Source: an uncultured bacterium | Lineage (GTDB): Bacteria > Verrucomicrobiota > Verrucomicrobiia > Limisphaerales > UBA8199 | DNA: 64,000 bases | Reading direction: 5' to 3' | Assembly (NCBI GenBank): GCA_963749495.1 | Contig: CAVVMW010000001.1 | Span: forward strand, 256,001 to 320,000 | Part shown: positions 19,987-31,017 of the stretch, in pieces | Numbering within the stretch: the stretch's first letter is position 1 | Layout: every line of letters starts with the position of its first letter | The notes under the pieces: model-generated | What the model was told of the DNA's origin: nothing | The model's database searches: none | Seen by the model: only the letters and a program-made list of their open reading frames with translations | Made by a program: the position numbers and the translations under genes

Positions 19987-21291
19987 ATGACTGACTCATT
20001 AGAAGAATTAGAGAAGCAACTGGACAGTTTCGATGCGGCTGTGCGGCGGCAGGCCCTGGCGGCTTTGTGCCGGCAGGTCCGTGAAGGGGTCCTCCGGCTG
20101 CCGCCCCCCGGCATCGAGGTGAACCTCCACGCGCACACGTTTTTCTCCTACAACGCCTATGGCTATTCGCCCGCGAAATTCGCGTGGCTGGCCCGCAAGG
20201 CGGGGCTGGCGGCGGCGGGCGTGGTGGATTTCGACGTGCTGGACGGGCTGGAGGAGTTTCTGGAGGCGGGGCGCGTGGTTGGGCTCAAGACGTGCGTGAG
20301 CCTGGAGTCGCGCGTGTATGTGCCGGAGTTCGCCACCCGGGTGATCAACTCACCGGGCGAGCCCGGGATTTCCTACCACATGGGCGTGGGCTTTGCGCGC
20401 GCGACGCAGCACCCGTTCCTGGCGCGGATGCGGGCGGCGGCACAGCAGCGAACGCGCGACATGCTGGTTCGGGTCAATGCCTATATGCGCCCGATTGAAT
20501 TGGACTACGAGGCCGATGTGCTGCCCTTGACGCCCAATGGCAACGCCACCGAGCGGCACCTCTGCCAGGCCTTCGAGCGCAAGGCCGCGCGGGTCTTCCC
20601 CGCCCCCGAGCGGCTGGCCGCCTTCTGGAAAGAGAAGCTGGGCGACGCTCCGCCCGCCGGGGCCAGGCTCCAGAACCTCATCCGCGCCCGGACTATGAAG
20701 AAGGGCGGAGTGGGCTACGTGCAACCGGGCCAGGGGTCGTTCCCGCTGATGGCCGACATGAACCAGTTCGTGCTCGAGGCGGGCGCGATCCCCACGCTGA
20801 CATGGCTGGATGGGACCAGCGAGGGCGAAAGGTGCCTCGAGGAGTTGTTCGCCGCAGCCGCCGCCACCGGCGCTGCCGCCCTGAACATCATCCCGGACCG
20901 AAACTACACACCCGGCATCAAAGACCAGAAGCTGGCCAACCTCTGCCAGGTCGTCGAGATGGCGCAGAAACGCCACTTCCCGATCGTCGTCGGCACGGAG
21001 ATGAATGCGCCGGGCAACAAGTTCGTGGATTCGTTCCAGACGGCCGAGCTGGCGCCGCTGCTCCCGGTTTTCCTGCGGGGCGCCCACATCGTCTATGCCC
21101 ATTCCGTCCTGGAGGGCCGGGCCGGCTTGGGCTACTTGAGCCCATGGGCAAGAAAGACATTTGACAACGTGGCCGCCAAAAATAAGTTCTTCGAGCAGCT
21201 CGGCCAGGAAGTGACCCCCGAGACCGAAGAGCGTTTGAGCGGCCTGACCGCCGCGGCCACGCCGGAGGAGGTGTTGGGCAGGGTCATGTGA
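19987..21291 (+). CDS. PHP-domain-like metal-dependent hydrolase
   Basis: NLHAHTFFS, G.VDFD motifs at N-terminus; upstream of sugar catabolic genes. Confidence 0.7.
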   Translation: MTDSLEELEKQLDSFDAAVRRQALAALCRQVREGVLRLPPPGIEVNLHAHTFFSYNAYGYSPAKFAWLARKAGLAAAGVVDFDVLDGLEEFLEAGRVVGLKTCVSLESRVYVPEFATRVINSPGEPGISYHMGVGFARATQHPFLARMRAAAQQRTRDMLVRVNAYMRPIELDYEADVLPLTPNGNATERHLCQAFERKAARVFPAPERLAAFWKEKLGDAPPAGARLQNLIRARTMKKGGVGYVQPGQGSFPLMADMNQFVLEAGAIPTLTWLDGTSEGERCLEELFAAAAATGAAALNIIPDRNYTPGIKDQKLANLCQVVEMAQKRHFPIVVGTEMNAPGNKFVDSFQTAELAPLLPVFLRGAHIVYAHSVLEGRAGLGYLSPWARKTFDNVAAKNKFFEQLGQEVTPETEERLSGLTAAATPEEVLGRVM

Positions 21292-21345
21292 GGCGGTTGG
21301 GCTTGGGTGCGATTCGGAAACGCCGGGCATGCGCCTCGGGGGTTT

Positions 21346-21535
21346 TGTCCCGGAGGGACATCTGACAATAGCCCGGCGTTTCAACGCCGGGGAGGCCGCA
21401 AAAGGGACCCTCGTCCCGAAGGGACGACTGAGAACACTCCCTGTTTTCAGCCGTCCCTTCGGGACGGACCTGTTCCTTGGGTCCGCTCACCCGGCGTTGA
21501 AACGCCGGGCTAATGTCGGAAGCCCCTTCGGGGCA
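21346..21535. repeat. REP/REPIN-like palindromic element (GTCCC.GAGGGAC family)
   Basis: Nested inverted repeats GTCCCGGAGGGAC, CCCGGCGTTTCAACGCCGGG, GTCCCGAAGGGAC and their mirror copies. Confidence 0.8.
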
Positions 21536-21672
21536 AGAAGGCGCCGTGGGATGAGCGACAGTTATAATCGCACCCTTGGGACACTCGACACTGGACACTC
21601 GGCCCTCGCGTCCGGATACTCCTGGACGGCGGTTTAACCGAAGGCGACGTTAACGAAACAGATTTCGCGACA

Positions 21673-23290
21673 ATGACAACAGACCAGATTCCGCAGACGC
21701 AGCAGGCAGTGCAGTTGGTCGGACCCGACCGGTTGCAGTTGAACCCCTCCAAGCCGGTCTTTCGGCCTGGCCGCCACCAGGTCCTGGGACGGGTCGAGGT
21801 GGTGGGCTTGTGCTTTTCGGATCTCAAGCTGCTCAAGCAGTTCTCCGGCCATGCCCGCAAATCGCCGGTGGCGCGGGGGGTTGATCCCCAGGCCCTGGCC
21901 CAGATGCCGCATTACGTGCCGGGCGACAAGCCGACGGTGCCGGGGCACGAGACGGTCATCCGCATAGCCGAGGCCGGCCCAGGCGTCACCCGCTACAAAG
22001 CCGGCGAGCGTTACCTGGTGCAGACCGATTATCGGTGGGCGCCCACGGCAGGCTCCAACTCGGCCTTCGGTTACAATTTCGAAGGGGCGCTCCAGGAATA
22101 CGTGTTGCTGGACGAGCGGGTCATCACGGCGCCCGAGGGCGAATCGATGCTCATCCCCGTGCCGGAGGACTTGTCGGCGTCGGCGCTGGCGCTGTGCGAG
22201 CCGTGGGCGTGCGTCGAGAACGCCTACGTGGAGCGGCAGCGGATGGGCTCAAGCCGGAGGGCCGGATGCTGGTCGTGGGCCAGAGGCAGGTCGAACCCGG
22301 GCAGCTCGAGGGCCTCTTTGCGCGCTACGGCAGGCCCGCCGACCTCACCTGGGCCACGGCGGCGGAGGTGGCGGGCTCGAGGACTCGAGCTTCGACGACG
22401 TGGTCTATTTCGGCGCCAATGCCGAGACCGTCGCCCGGCTCTTCCCCAAGGTGGGCGTGCGCGGCCTCTTCAATCTGGTCCAGTGTGGCGCCCGGTTCGG
22501 CCGCCCGGTGCTTTGCCAGGTCGGGCGCGTCCATTACGGCGGCATCCGCCTCATCGGCACGACAGGCCCCGACCCCGCCGCCTCGATGCAAACCATCCCC
22601 GCCACCGCCGAAATCCGGCCCCGGAACAAGATCAATATCGTCGGTGCCGCCGGCCCGATGGGAACCATGCACGTCCTGCGCGACCTTTGCCAGGGCGTGC
22701 CCGGCGTGGAAGTGTGGGCCGGCGACCTGAGCGACGAGCGCCTGGCGATGCTCGACAAACTGGCCGGGCCCCTGGCCCGCAAGCACCAGCTCGCGCTGCG
22801 GCCCTACAACCCCGCGCGCCAAAAGCTCTCCGAGCAATTCGACTACATCGTCCTGATGGCCCCGGTTCCGGCGCTGGTGGCCCAGGCGGTCCCGGCCGCC
22901 GCGCCGGGCGCCATCATCAACATCTTCGCCGGCATCCCGGCAACGGTCACCGCCGAGTTGGACCTGGATGCCTACATCGCCAAGGGCCTCTACTTCATCG
23001 GCACCAGCGGCTCGACACTCCAGGACATGAAGCTCGTGCTGGCCAAAGTGGTCGCGCGCCAACTCGACACCAACCTCTCGGTGGCCGCCGTGGCCGGGTT
23101 GGATGGCGCCATCGACGGCATCCGCGCCGTCGAGAAGAACCTGGTGCCGGGCAAAATCCTGGTTTATCCCTGCTGCCACGGCCTGAAACTGACGCCTCTG
23201 CCGGAGCTGAGCGGCAAGCTGCCGCTGCCCGATGGCCTATGGAACAAGCAGGCGGAAGAGGCCCTAACGGCGGGAGCGGGGAGACTATGA
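21673..23290 (+). CDS. Zn-dependent alcohol/polyol dehydrogenase (sorbose-1-phosphate reductase-like); two frameshifts (~22245, ~22375)
   Basis: GLCFSDLK, GHE, FGY..EGALQEY, EPWACV, then GAAGPMG and GTSGS in downstream frames. Confidence 0.75.
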
Positions 23291-23362
23291 TCATAACAGT
23301 TCTAATCGCAGCCGGGAACACACGCCGTTTGCCCCTCGCCCCTCGCCCCTCGCCCCTTTCCC

Positions 23363-24177
23363 ATGATGAACTGCACTCTCCATGACCAGGCCGCCATCGT
23401 GACCGGCGGCGCGCAAGGGCTGGGCCAAGCCATCTCGGGACGTTTGGCGCGCGAGGGCTGCCATGTGCTCATCGCCGATGTCAATGAAGCGGGGGTCCAC
23501 GCCGCCGCCGCCGCCCTCGCGCAGGAAACGGGCCGGCGGGTGCTGGGCATGAAGGTGGACGTGACGCAGGAGGCGGACGTGGCGGGCTCTTCGAGCGGGC
23601 GCTCCGGGAGTTTGGGCGCCTGGATGTCGTGGTGGCCAACGCGGCCATCCTGGTGGCCGAACCGATCGCCGAGGCGGACGCGGAGAAGTGGCGCGCGGTG
23701 ATGAACGTCAACCTCTTCGGCTACTTCCTCACCACCAAACATGCCTGCCGCATCATGAAGCCGCAGCGGAGCGGCTCGATCATCGCCATCAATTCCAAGT
23801 CCGGCAAGAAAGGCAGCGCCGCCAACTCGGCTTATGCCGCCAGCAAGTTCGGCGGCATCGGCCACACCCAGAGCGTGGCGCTGGAGATGGCCTCCTTCAA
23901 CGTCCGCTGCAACGCGGTCTGCCCCGGCAACCTGCTCGATTCGCCCCTCTGGACCGACCCGGACAAGGGCCTCTTCGTCCAATACCTCCGGGCCGGCAAG
24001 GTCCCCGGCGCCAAAAACATCGAGGACGTCCGCCGCGCCTACATCAACCAGGTGCCCATGAAACGCGGCTGCGCCTACGACGACGTCTGCAACGCCGTGG
24101 TCTTCCTGGCCTCGCCCTTGTCCTCTTACATCACCGGCATCGCCCTGAGCGTCACCGGCGGGCAGGAGATGAACTAG
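23363..24177 (+). CDS. srlD: Sorbitol-6-phosphate 2-dehydrogenase-like SDR; one frameshift (~23585)
   Basis: VTGGAQGLG; NSKSGKKGS..NSAYAASKFGG; GNLLDSPL; VP..RGC.YDDV, characteristic of SrlD. Confidence 0.8.
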
Positions 24178-24322
24178 GCTATGAAGGCAGAAAAATGGGG
24201 GCAGAAAGATAAGAGACTCATATTTCCGCCCCCGTTTTTCTGCCTTGTTTCGGAACTCGTGCTTCGAATTTCGGATTAATCACAGGGTTACTTTTTTGAC
24301 CGACTAAAACCAAATCTCCACC

Positions 24323-25082
24323 ATGCACACTCGTCCTATTCTGACGGATCTGCTCACACTCTCTCACGACATCGGCCGCGAAGACCGCGGTCTGGCAATC
24401 CTGGGCGAAGGCAACACCTCGGCGCGCCTGGGCCAGGAGACGTTTCTGGTCAAGGCCAGCGGCACCTGCCTGGGCACGCTCAAGCAAGAGGACCTGGTCG
24501 AGTGCCGTTTTTGCGCGCTGCTGCCCATGCTGGAGCGCCAGAGCATGACCGACCAGGAAGTGGATGAGGCCCTGCTGGCCGCGCGCGTGGATGCCAAGGC
24601 CAAGAAGCCCTCCGTCGAGGCCGTGTTTCACGCCTATTTGCTCTCGCTGCCCGGCATCCAATTTGTCGGCCATTGCCATGCCACAGGGGTCAATCAAGTC
24701 CTCTGCTCGCCTCGCGCCCGCGATTTTGCCGAGCACCGTATGTTTCCCGACGAGATCGTGTGCTGCGGGGTGGCGTCGGTGTTCGTGCCGTACACCGACC
24801 CCGGCTTGAAACTCTCGCACGTCATCCGCCGGCGAGACCGAGTCCTTTGTCAAGCAGCACCAGCGGCAGCCGCGGCTCGTCCTCATGCAGAACCACGGCG
24901 TCATCGCCCTGGGCGGGACCTGGCAATCAGTTATCTCGGCCTTGCTCATGGCCGAGAAGGCCGCCCGCATTTTCGCCGGCGCCGCCGCCATCGGCGGGCC
25001 GGTCTTCTTCAGCCCGGAGAACGTGCAGCGCATCGCCGGCCGCCCCGACGAGGCCTACCGTCAACGCGCGCTGAAGATCTGA
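24323..25082 (+). CDS. Class II aldolase/adducin family protein; one frameshift (~24830)
   Basis: GEGNTSAR, KASG, KPSVE..FH, GHCH, then LMQNHG in shifted frame. Confidence 0.8.
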
Positions 25083-25157
25083 ACTGGCGAAAACCGAAGC
25101 GGGCGGGGGGGGGTCCGACGCGTCGGACCTGTCCGACTGGTCCGACCCGTCTGACCG

Positions 25158-26066
25158 CTAAAACGGCCGCCCGACCGGCATGGGCGGCGGGGGAGGCGCG
25201 AAGGGCGAGGAGGGGCGAGGGACAGGGGGCGCAAACCCGGTGCCGGGATTTTGCCGGGGGTTGGCGGAGCCGGCATCTGCCTCAATCAGGGGCGTGAGTG
25301 AAGTGGGCGGCAAGGGAGGCATCGGGATTTCGCTGGCCTTACTCTGTTCCCTCAAAAACTCCATCAACATTTCCTGCTGGTCTTTAGTGACTCCGGGGTT
25401 GCCCTGGGACTCGGCCTGCGCGACAGCCGGCCCAGTTGTCACGGGGGCACCCCAAGGCCCTGCCGGGCTGGCCTGCGCACTCGCCCCGCCAGGGCCGGTT
25501 GGCCGAATCGGACGCGTCCATCCGGATGCGGGCCCAGGCCGCCCTGCCGGCGCGCCGGGCGGGAAGCCAATCCCGCGTGGCGGAATAACCCGAGGGAGCG
25601 CGCCGCCAGCGCCCGGGAGCGGCGGAAGGGCCGAAGCCACTGCCTTGGCCGCGTTATTGGTGAAATCCAGCGTCATCGCCTCGCCGGCATAGTTGATTTT
25701 GACCAGCTTGGCGATTTCATCGATCTCCAGCACCTCGACCTCGCCATCGCGCTGTCCCTCGGAGAGCATGTAGGAGTGCTCTTTGGGCTGTTCGCCCGGT
25801 TTTCCGGGCATGGGCGTGGGCGTGGTGTTGAACATGGCGCGTTTGCCAAGAAACGTCGTGATGCCGGTCAGATAGAACTTAGGGGTTGGCGGTTTGGTAG
25901 ATGCGGGGTCGGGCGGGGGCGGCGGGTCGTGCAGGTTAAACACGTTGCGGTCCACGATGCCGTGGTAGGGGTTTGCCGTCGAATCAGCGGTGTCCGCCGT
26001 GACCGCTGCGACCTCGAGCGCCAGGGCGCCTAAAATGCCCGCCAGCATCATCCGAGCAAACGTCAT
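25158..26066 (-). CDS. Hypothetical secreted Pro-rich protein (short beta domain reminiscent of GspC-like proteins)
   Basis: Signal peptide, NPY..IVDRNVF.L, LTGI, L.EGQ..G..EVLEID; TATAAT 6 nt before the ATG. Confidence 0.65.
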   Translation of the reverse strand: MTFARMMLAGILGALALEVAAVTADTADSTANPYHGIVDRNVFNLHDPPPPPDPASTKPPTPKFYLTGITTFLGKRAMFNTTPTPMPGKPGEQPKEHSYMLSEGQRDGEVEVLEIDEIAKLVKINYAGEAMTLDFTNNAAKAVASALPPLPGAGGALPRVIPPRGIGFPPGAPAGRPGPASGWTRPIRPTGPGGASAQASPAGPWGAPVTTGPAVAQAESQGNPGVTKDQQEMLMEFLREQSKASEIPMPPLPPTSLTPLIEADAGSANPRQNPGTGFAPPVPRPSSPFAPPPPPMPVGRPF

Positions 26067-26327
26067 ACAGTAATTATAGCCGTTAGGGGAATAAACACCA
26101 CACCAAAATGAGAGTTGCGCAGGGTGCGTGTTTTTTTCCTTTCTGCGGCACGGGGTCTGCTGCCATAATGGGGGTGACGTTGAAGAACTGAATTTGTGGG
26201 CAAGATACGAGATGCGGTTGCCGGGCAATGCGGATATTATTCCAATCGCCGTGGAACCCTCTGTGCTGAAGGTGGCAGCTTGAACATGCGTCGGGCCGGC
26301 AGCGTCTAAAAAGCTTTGCTAACACAC

Positions 26328-28130
26328 ATGCGCCGTTGGATCTGGTTAATAATGAGCGCCGTTGCAGGCGTGGTGCTGCTGCTGTGCGGTCTGCTGATGC
26401 CAGCGCACCTGCGGGCGGTGGACGTGAGCGTCATCCAAAAGGCCGGGGAGCGGACGCAGACGCTGGTTGCAGAGGGCCTGGAGCTTGCGGGCGAGGGCAA
26501 CCTGGGCGCGGCGCGGCTGCTCTGGCGGGCAGCCCAGATGGAGCGGTTGCCCGGCCGGGAGGCGCTCGGCACCTCGCTGGCCAGCCTGGAAGCGCAGCCC
26601 GCGGCTTGGAAGATCCTCGGCAGCCCGGATCCGCGCCTGGAACAGCTCATCATCCAGAGCGCCCTGGCGCCCGCCGGGACGGGTGACGCGGCGGCTGCCC
26701 CCGGCCCGAGCAGCGCCCCGGAGCCGTTCACCACCCTCCTGGTCCACCTGGAGACCCGCGAGCGCGCCCTCCAGTCGCTGCGCGCCTCCCCCAACCCCGG
26801 CATCCAGGAAGTGCTCCGCTGCCGCGACCTGACCAATACCGTCATCCTCCCGCCCTCCTCGTCGGCCTCCGGCCAGCCCTTCGACACCGCCATCGCGGTC
26901 TGCGGCCTGCTCATGGATGAGAAGGCGCTCACCCCCTCGCTGAGCAACAAGCTCTATGCGCTGGCCTGGGCGGCCAACCATGGGGCCAACCTTCCGCTCA
27001 GCCCCGAGGCCAGGCCCCCCGGGCTGTCCTGGAACTCCGAGCCGCTCGAACAGGTCCTGCTGGATTTGCTCTCGCTGGGCCAGCGGTTCAACTGGGGCCA
27101 GTATGTCCTGTTCACCCGGTCCATCCAGGACATCGAGACCCTGCGCCGGCTGGCGTTCCTGGTCCGCAAGACCGAGGGGCAACTGCCCGTGCTTTATGGC
27201 ACGGTCACCCTCTCTGGCCAGCCGGGCCGGGTGGCGGGTTACCTGATGAAATTCAGCGAGAGCGGGCTGGAGGACCTCGGCTCGAGCCTGCAGTTCGGGG
27301 CGGGCGCCCTCAAGGAGGTGCTGGCGCGCAACCAGCGATGTTATACCTCCGCCTGGGGCCGCCGCATGGCGGCGCATCCCCCGCTGGACGCCCTGATGGA
27401 TGTGGCGTCCGACTACTCCTGGCTCATGCCGTGGGTGTCGCTGGGGCTCAAGTGGTTTCTCTACCTGTGCGCCGGCTTCCTGCTGGCCTGCGCGATGCAC
27501 TTTGCCCAGCCCGCAGCCCAGGCCTTGGAGCAGCCCCTCCAGGTCCGCGGCGTTCACTTTGCCCGCGAGTCGCTCTTCGCCCTGGGTTTTCTGCTGGTGG
27601 TCCTCATCGTGACCGAGCCGTTTCTCTCCCAGCAGGGCCAGAGTGCGGAGCTTCCCTTTCGAGTGCGCCTGCCCTTCATCGGCCAACCGCTCCCGGCCGC
27701 CGTCTCCAACCTCAAGCTCTCTCTTATGGACCCAAACTTATTGACTCTGTTGCTGTTCTTCGTCCTCCAGGCCCTGATCTACACGGCCTGCCTGGTGAAA
27801 CTGGCGGAAATCCGCCGCCAAAAAGTCGTTGCCCGCATCAAGCTCAAGCTCCTCGAGAACGAGGATCACTTGTTCGATGCCGGCCTCTACGTGGGCTTTG
27901 TGGGCACGATCATCTCCTTGATCCTGGTCTCGCTGCACTACTTCCAGTTCAGCCTCATGGCCGCCTACTCCTCCACCTCGTTCGGCATCATCTTCGTGGT
28001 CATCTTCAAGATCTTCCACCTCCGGCCCAGCCGCCGCCGGCTCCTGCTGGAGGCGGAGGCGGCCGCTATGGCGCTGGAGGCCCCGGCCCCGGCGCCCGCA
28101 CCCAGTCCCACTCTCGCCACACCCTCATGA
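26328..28130 (+). CDS. Membrane protein with C-terminal MotA/TolQ/ExbB-like TM pair
   Basis: N-terminal TM, large soluble region, several TMs, ending AGLYVGFVGTIISL...AAYSSTSFGII. Confidence 0.65.
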   Translation: MRRWIWLIMSAVAGVVLLLCGLLMPAHLRAVDVSVIQKAGERTQTLVAEGLELAGEGNLGAARLLWRAAQMERLPGREALGTSLASLEAQPAAWKILGSPDPRLEQLIIQSALAPAGTGDAAAAPGPSSAPEPFTTLLVHLETRERALQSLRASPNPGIQEVLRCRDLTNTVILPPSSSASGQPFDTAIAVCGLLMDEKALTPSLSNKLYALAWAANHGANLPLSPEARPPGLSWNSEPLEQVLLDLLSLGQRFNWGQYVLFTRSIQDIETLRRLAFLVRKTEGQLPVLYGTVTLSGQPGRVAGYLMKFSESGLEDLGSSLQFGAGALKEVLARNQRCYTSAWGRRMAAHPPLDALMDVASDYSWLMPWVSLGLKWFLYLCAGFLLACAMHFAQPAAQALEQPLQVRGVHFARESLFALGFLLVVLIVTEPFLSQQGQSAELPFRVRLPFIGQPLPAAVSNLKLSLMDPNLLTLLLFFVLQALIYTACLVKLAEIRRQKVVARIKLKLLENEDHLFDAGLYVGFVGTIISLILVSLHYFQFSLMAAYSSTSFGIIFVVIFKIFHLRPSRRRLLLEAEAAAMALEAPAPAPAPSPTLATPS

Positions 28131-29728
28131 ACCGCTCGATCCTCATCGTCATCTGCGATTTCCTCCTGGTGAGCCTCCTGGTCTTCGGCACCGTGGACAT
28201 CAACAAGGTGTCGGAGCAGGGGCCCCACGAGATGAAGCTGCAGTTCCCGACCAACCAGGTTGACACCTCCAGGGACCTGACGGCGCTCATGCGGATGGCC
28301 CTGGACGAAGAGCGCCGCAATCGCGACCAGTTGAGAATCGAACTGGATACGGCCCGCGACACCCTCTCCAACCAGCAGGCGCGCCTGACCCGCAGCGAGA
28401 GGCAGGTCCAGAGCGTCCGGCAGGAGTTGACCGACCGCGACAAGCAGCTCCAGACGGCGCAAGACGAGCTGGCCCAGCGCGAGGCGCAGCTCCGGGCCTC
28501 CCAGCAGGAGTTGAGCGCGCGCGATCAGCGTCTCCAGGCCTCCCAGCAGGAACTGGCCGAGCGCGACAAAAAGGTCCAGGCCGTTCAGCAACAACTGGCC
28601 TCCCGCGAGCAGGAGGCCCAGCGCCTGGCCCAGCAACAGTTCGCCTTGCAAGCGCAGTTGGCCGACGCCCAATCCAATCTCACCAACCTCAACCAGCAAC
28701 TCCACGACAGCACCGTCCAGTCGCTCATCTCCGGCGAAAAGCTCGCCGCCCTGGAGGACCTGGTCGCCCGCCAGACCGGCCAGTCGTCCAACCTCCAGCA
28801 GCAACTGAGCCAGTTGGTCAAGAGCAACGAGGTGGTCGTGGCCGAAAAGCAGCGCCTGGGCGGCCAACTCCAGTTGGCCGAAACCGAAAAACGCTTTGCC
28901 GCCGAGGCGGTCGCCCACATGCAGGATGAAGTCAAGGTCGAGCGCGAGGAAAAGACCCGGCTGGCCGAGGGGGTCAAGGACCTGGCCGTCAAGTCCGGCA
29001 ACCTGGCCCGCGAGGTCCGCGAGGGCCGCGGCATGGTCCCCAACGGCATCTTCTTCGAGTTCATCACCAACCGCGTCCAGGCCCGCTTCAATGGCGTTCG
29101 CTCCAAGTTCTTCGGCGAGACCACCAAGAACCGCGACACCGAGACGGTCCTGGTCACCGACGGCTCCAGCGCCTACGCCCTGTGCCACGTACACGACACC
29201 CCGTTGACCCTCTGGGAGCCCGGCACCGATTGGGAGGGCCTGACCGGCACCCTCAGCCGCAACCTGGCCACCTGCCCCATCCCCTCACTCTCCTTTTGCC
29301 TGATCGACCCCCGCGTGGTCCTCATCCCCGTCACCCCCGAGGAGGTCCGCCGGCTCGGCTGCAAAGTCTATCGCGTCTCCGCCGAGCCTTACAAATTCCA
29401 GGATGCCGTCCTGGTCGGCACCCGCGCGGATTATTACGGCGAGTGCCGCTTCCAGATCGATTTGTCCACGCCCGAATATGTGAAGCTGGACCGCAACTTT
29501 CTCAAGGGCCTCATCGGCAAGTTCAATCCCTCGCGCGGCAACCTGGTCTTTAGCAAGACAGGCGAGCTGCTCGGCATCATGGCCAACAGCACCTATTGCG
29601 TCATGCTCCGCAGCTTCACCACCGAGGCCAGCTTCCAATGCGGCGAGGACATCCGCGCCCAGCACACCGGCGCCACCCTGTCCGCTCTCTACTCCCACCT
29701 CATGACCATGCCCTTTAAGCTCCAGTAG
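28127..29728 (+). CDS. MotB/ExbD-like TM (intramembrane Asp) + long coiled coil + trypsin-like C-terminal domain
   Basis: MNRSILIVICDFLLVSLLVF; Q/E/R heptad region; ALCHV, DPRVVLI, PSRGNLVFSKTGELLGI; ATGA-coupled to the upstream gene. Confidence 0.65.
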   Translation: MNRSILIVICDFLLVSLLVFGTVDINKVSEQGPHEMKLQFPTNQVDTSRDLTALMRMALDEERRNRDQLRIELDTARDTLSNQQARLTRSERQVQSVRQELTDRDKQLQTAQDELAQREAQLRASQQELSARDQRLQASQQELAERDKKVQAVQQQLASREQEAQRLAQQQFALQAQLADAQSNLTNLNQQLHDSTVQSLISGEKLAALEDLVARQTGQSSNLQQQLSQLVKSNEVVVAEKQRLGGQLQLAETEKRFAAEAVAHMQDEVKVEREEKTRLAEGVKDLAVKSGNLAREVREGRGMVPNGIFFEFITNRVQARFNGVRSKFFGETTKNRDTETVLVTDGSSAYALCHVHDTPLTLWEPGTDWEGLTGTLSRNLATCPIPSLSFCLIDPRVVLIPVTPEEVRRLGCKVYRVSAEPYKFQDAVLVGTRADYYGECRFQIDLSTPEYVKLDRNFLKGLIGKFNPSRGNLVFSKTGELLGIMANSTYCVMLRSFTTEASFQCGEDIRAQHTGATLSALYSHLMTMPFKLQ

Positions 29729-30072
29729 CGGGGCAGAGGACTGTGTCCCTCTGAAAGTCCTTGAACCGGATGTCCCAGATAAAGGTGCCGAAGGCCTCGA
29801 TGGCATCCACCTCGTCGCGCTGGGTGCGGATGAACCGGAGGCGGAGGTTCTCGTAGGACTCCGGCGGGAACCGCAATTGTCCGTCTGCGGTGTCGTAATC
29901 CCCGGTGTTTTTGAAGGTCTCGAACCGGCAATCGCGCAGCGGGACGGTCCCGCGCGCGAAGGGTTTGTCCTGGCTGCGCAACGGGGTTGGGGCCGGCACG
30001 GGGGCATCGGCCCCCGTGACCCCGCCCACCGAGGCCAGCAGCCGCTGCAAATGCCAGCGCCACAACTCTCAT
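29715..30072 (-). CDS. Small hypothetical protein, 5' end uncertain (possible frameshift in signal peptide)
   Basis: 116 aa ORF with coding-like composition; alternative ATG at 30072 gives a signal-like MRVVALAFAAAA in another frame. Confidence 0.4.
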
Positions 30073-30134
30073 CCGCCGCCCGCGCTCTGTCAAACGGGCG
30101 CATCCCCCCGAAATTGGCCCCTCAACCACGCCGG

Positions 30135-30986
30135 TCAGCGAGTCAGCCGGTCCGCGTGAGGCTGATGGTCGTTGTTCCAGCGCGCCAGGCCCAGATCGGT
30201 TTTTTCGAACAGCTCGGCATCAGCGAGCCGTTCGATGTGCTCGTCGCAGAAGACCACGTTGAACCGGCCCCGGTGCCGTTGCTGCTGGGCCCGCACGATG
30301 CCGGCGCTGGCTCCGAAACCGGGGTTCTCGTTCATGTCGCGCGAGCTGATGTCCAGCCGGGCGTAGCCGCTGTAGCTCAGCGGGCCCGTAATGTCATAGT
30401 AGGTCTCGAGCATCGCCGGAGGCACCCACATGAGGTTGGCATCCCCGAGTTGGATCATGTCCGCTGGCACAACGACGGCGGAGTCCTTTATCGCCTGGAT
30501 GGAATTGGTGTCGGCGGGATCGGTCAGGTAGCCGCCCAGCCCCAATGGGCTCAGGCCGAACTGCACCCCGTTGGCGTTGTAACCGTAGCTGCCCAGCGGC
30601 ACGGCCAGCGTGTTGCCGGCAAGGGTCAGCCCCCGGTAAGAGGGGCATCGGTAGAGGTCGTTGGTCCAGTCCTGCTTGACGTAGCCAATGAGGTGGGTCA
30701 ACCAGAATCCCAGGTTAATGATGCCTCCATTTTGGTCAAAGGAGAAAACCGGGTAGGCCTGTGTGTCCTCGACGTACATGCGCATGCCAAGGCCAATCTG
30801 GCGCAGGTTGGTCTCGCAACGTGCCGTGCGCCCCGCCTCTTTGGCGGCGGACAAGGCGGGCAGGAGCAACGCCGCCAGGATGGCGATGACCGCAATCACC
30901 ACCAGCAACTCGATCAAAGTAAAGGCCCGCCCGCCCCCTGCCGCTGCGCCGCCGCCCCCGGGCGGGGCCGCGCCGTGCCGCTCCAT
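30135..30986 (-). CDS. Prepilin-type N-terminal cleavage/methylation protein with H-X9-DG-type C-terminus
   Basis: [56 protein letters not shown]. Confidence 0.9.
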   Translation of the reverse strand: MERHGAAPPGGGGAAAGGGRAFTLIELLVVIAVIAILAALLLPALSAAKEAGRTARCETNLRQIGLGMRMYVEDTQAYPVFSFDQNGGIINLGFWLTHLIGYVKQDWTNDLYRCPSYRGLTLAGNTLAVPLGSYGYNANGVQFGLSPLGLGGYLTDPADTNSIQAIKDSAVVVPADMIQLGDANLMWVPPAMLETYYDITGPLSYSGYARLDISSRDMNENPGFGASAGIVRAQQQRHRGRFNVVFCDEHIERLADAELFEKTDLGLARWNNDHQPHADRLTR

Positions 30987-31017
30987 TGAGGCAGGAGTGC
31001 CCCGCATGTTTGCCGCC

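Noticed and set aside
21673..25082. Programmed ribosomal frameshifting in the sugar genes
   Set aside because: No slippery heptamers or consistent signals; indels at G/C runs are better explained by read error or decay.
26328..29728. Zorya anti-phage system
   Set aside because: B lacks an OmpA-like domain, A lacks the long C-terminal cytoplasmic tail, and no zorC/D/E is adjacent; kept only as a MotAB-like pair.
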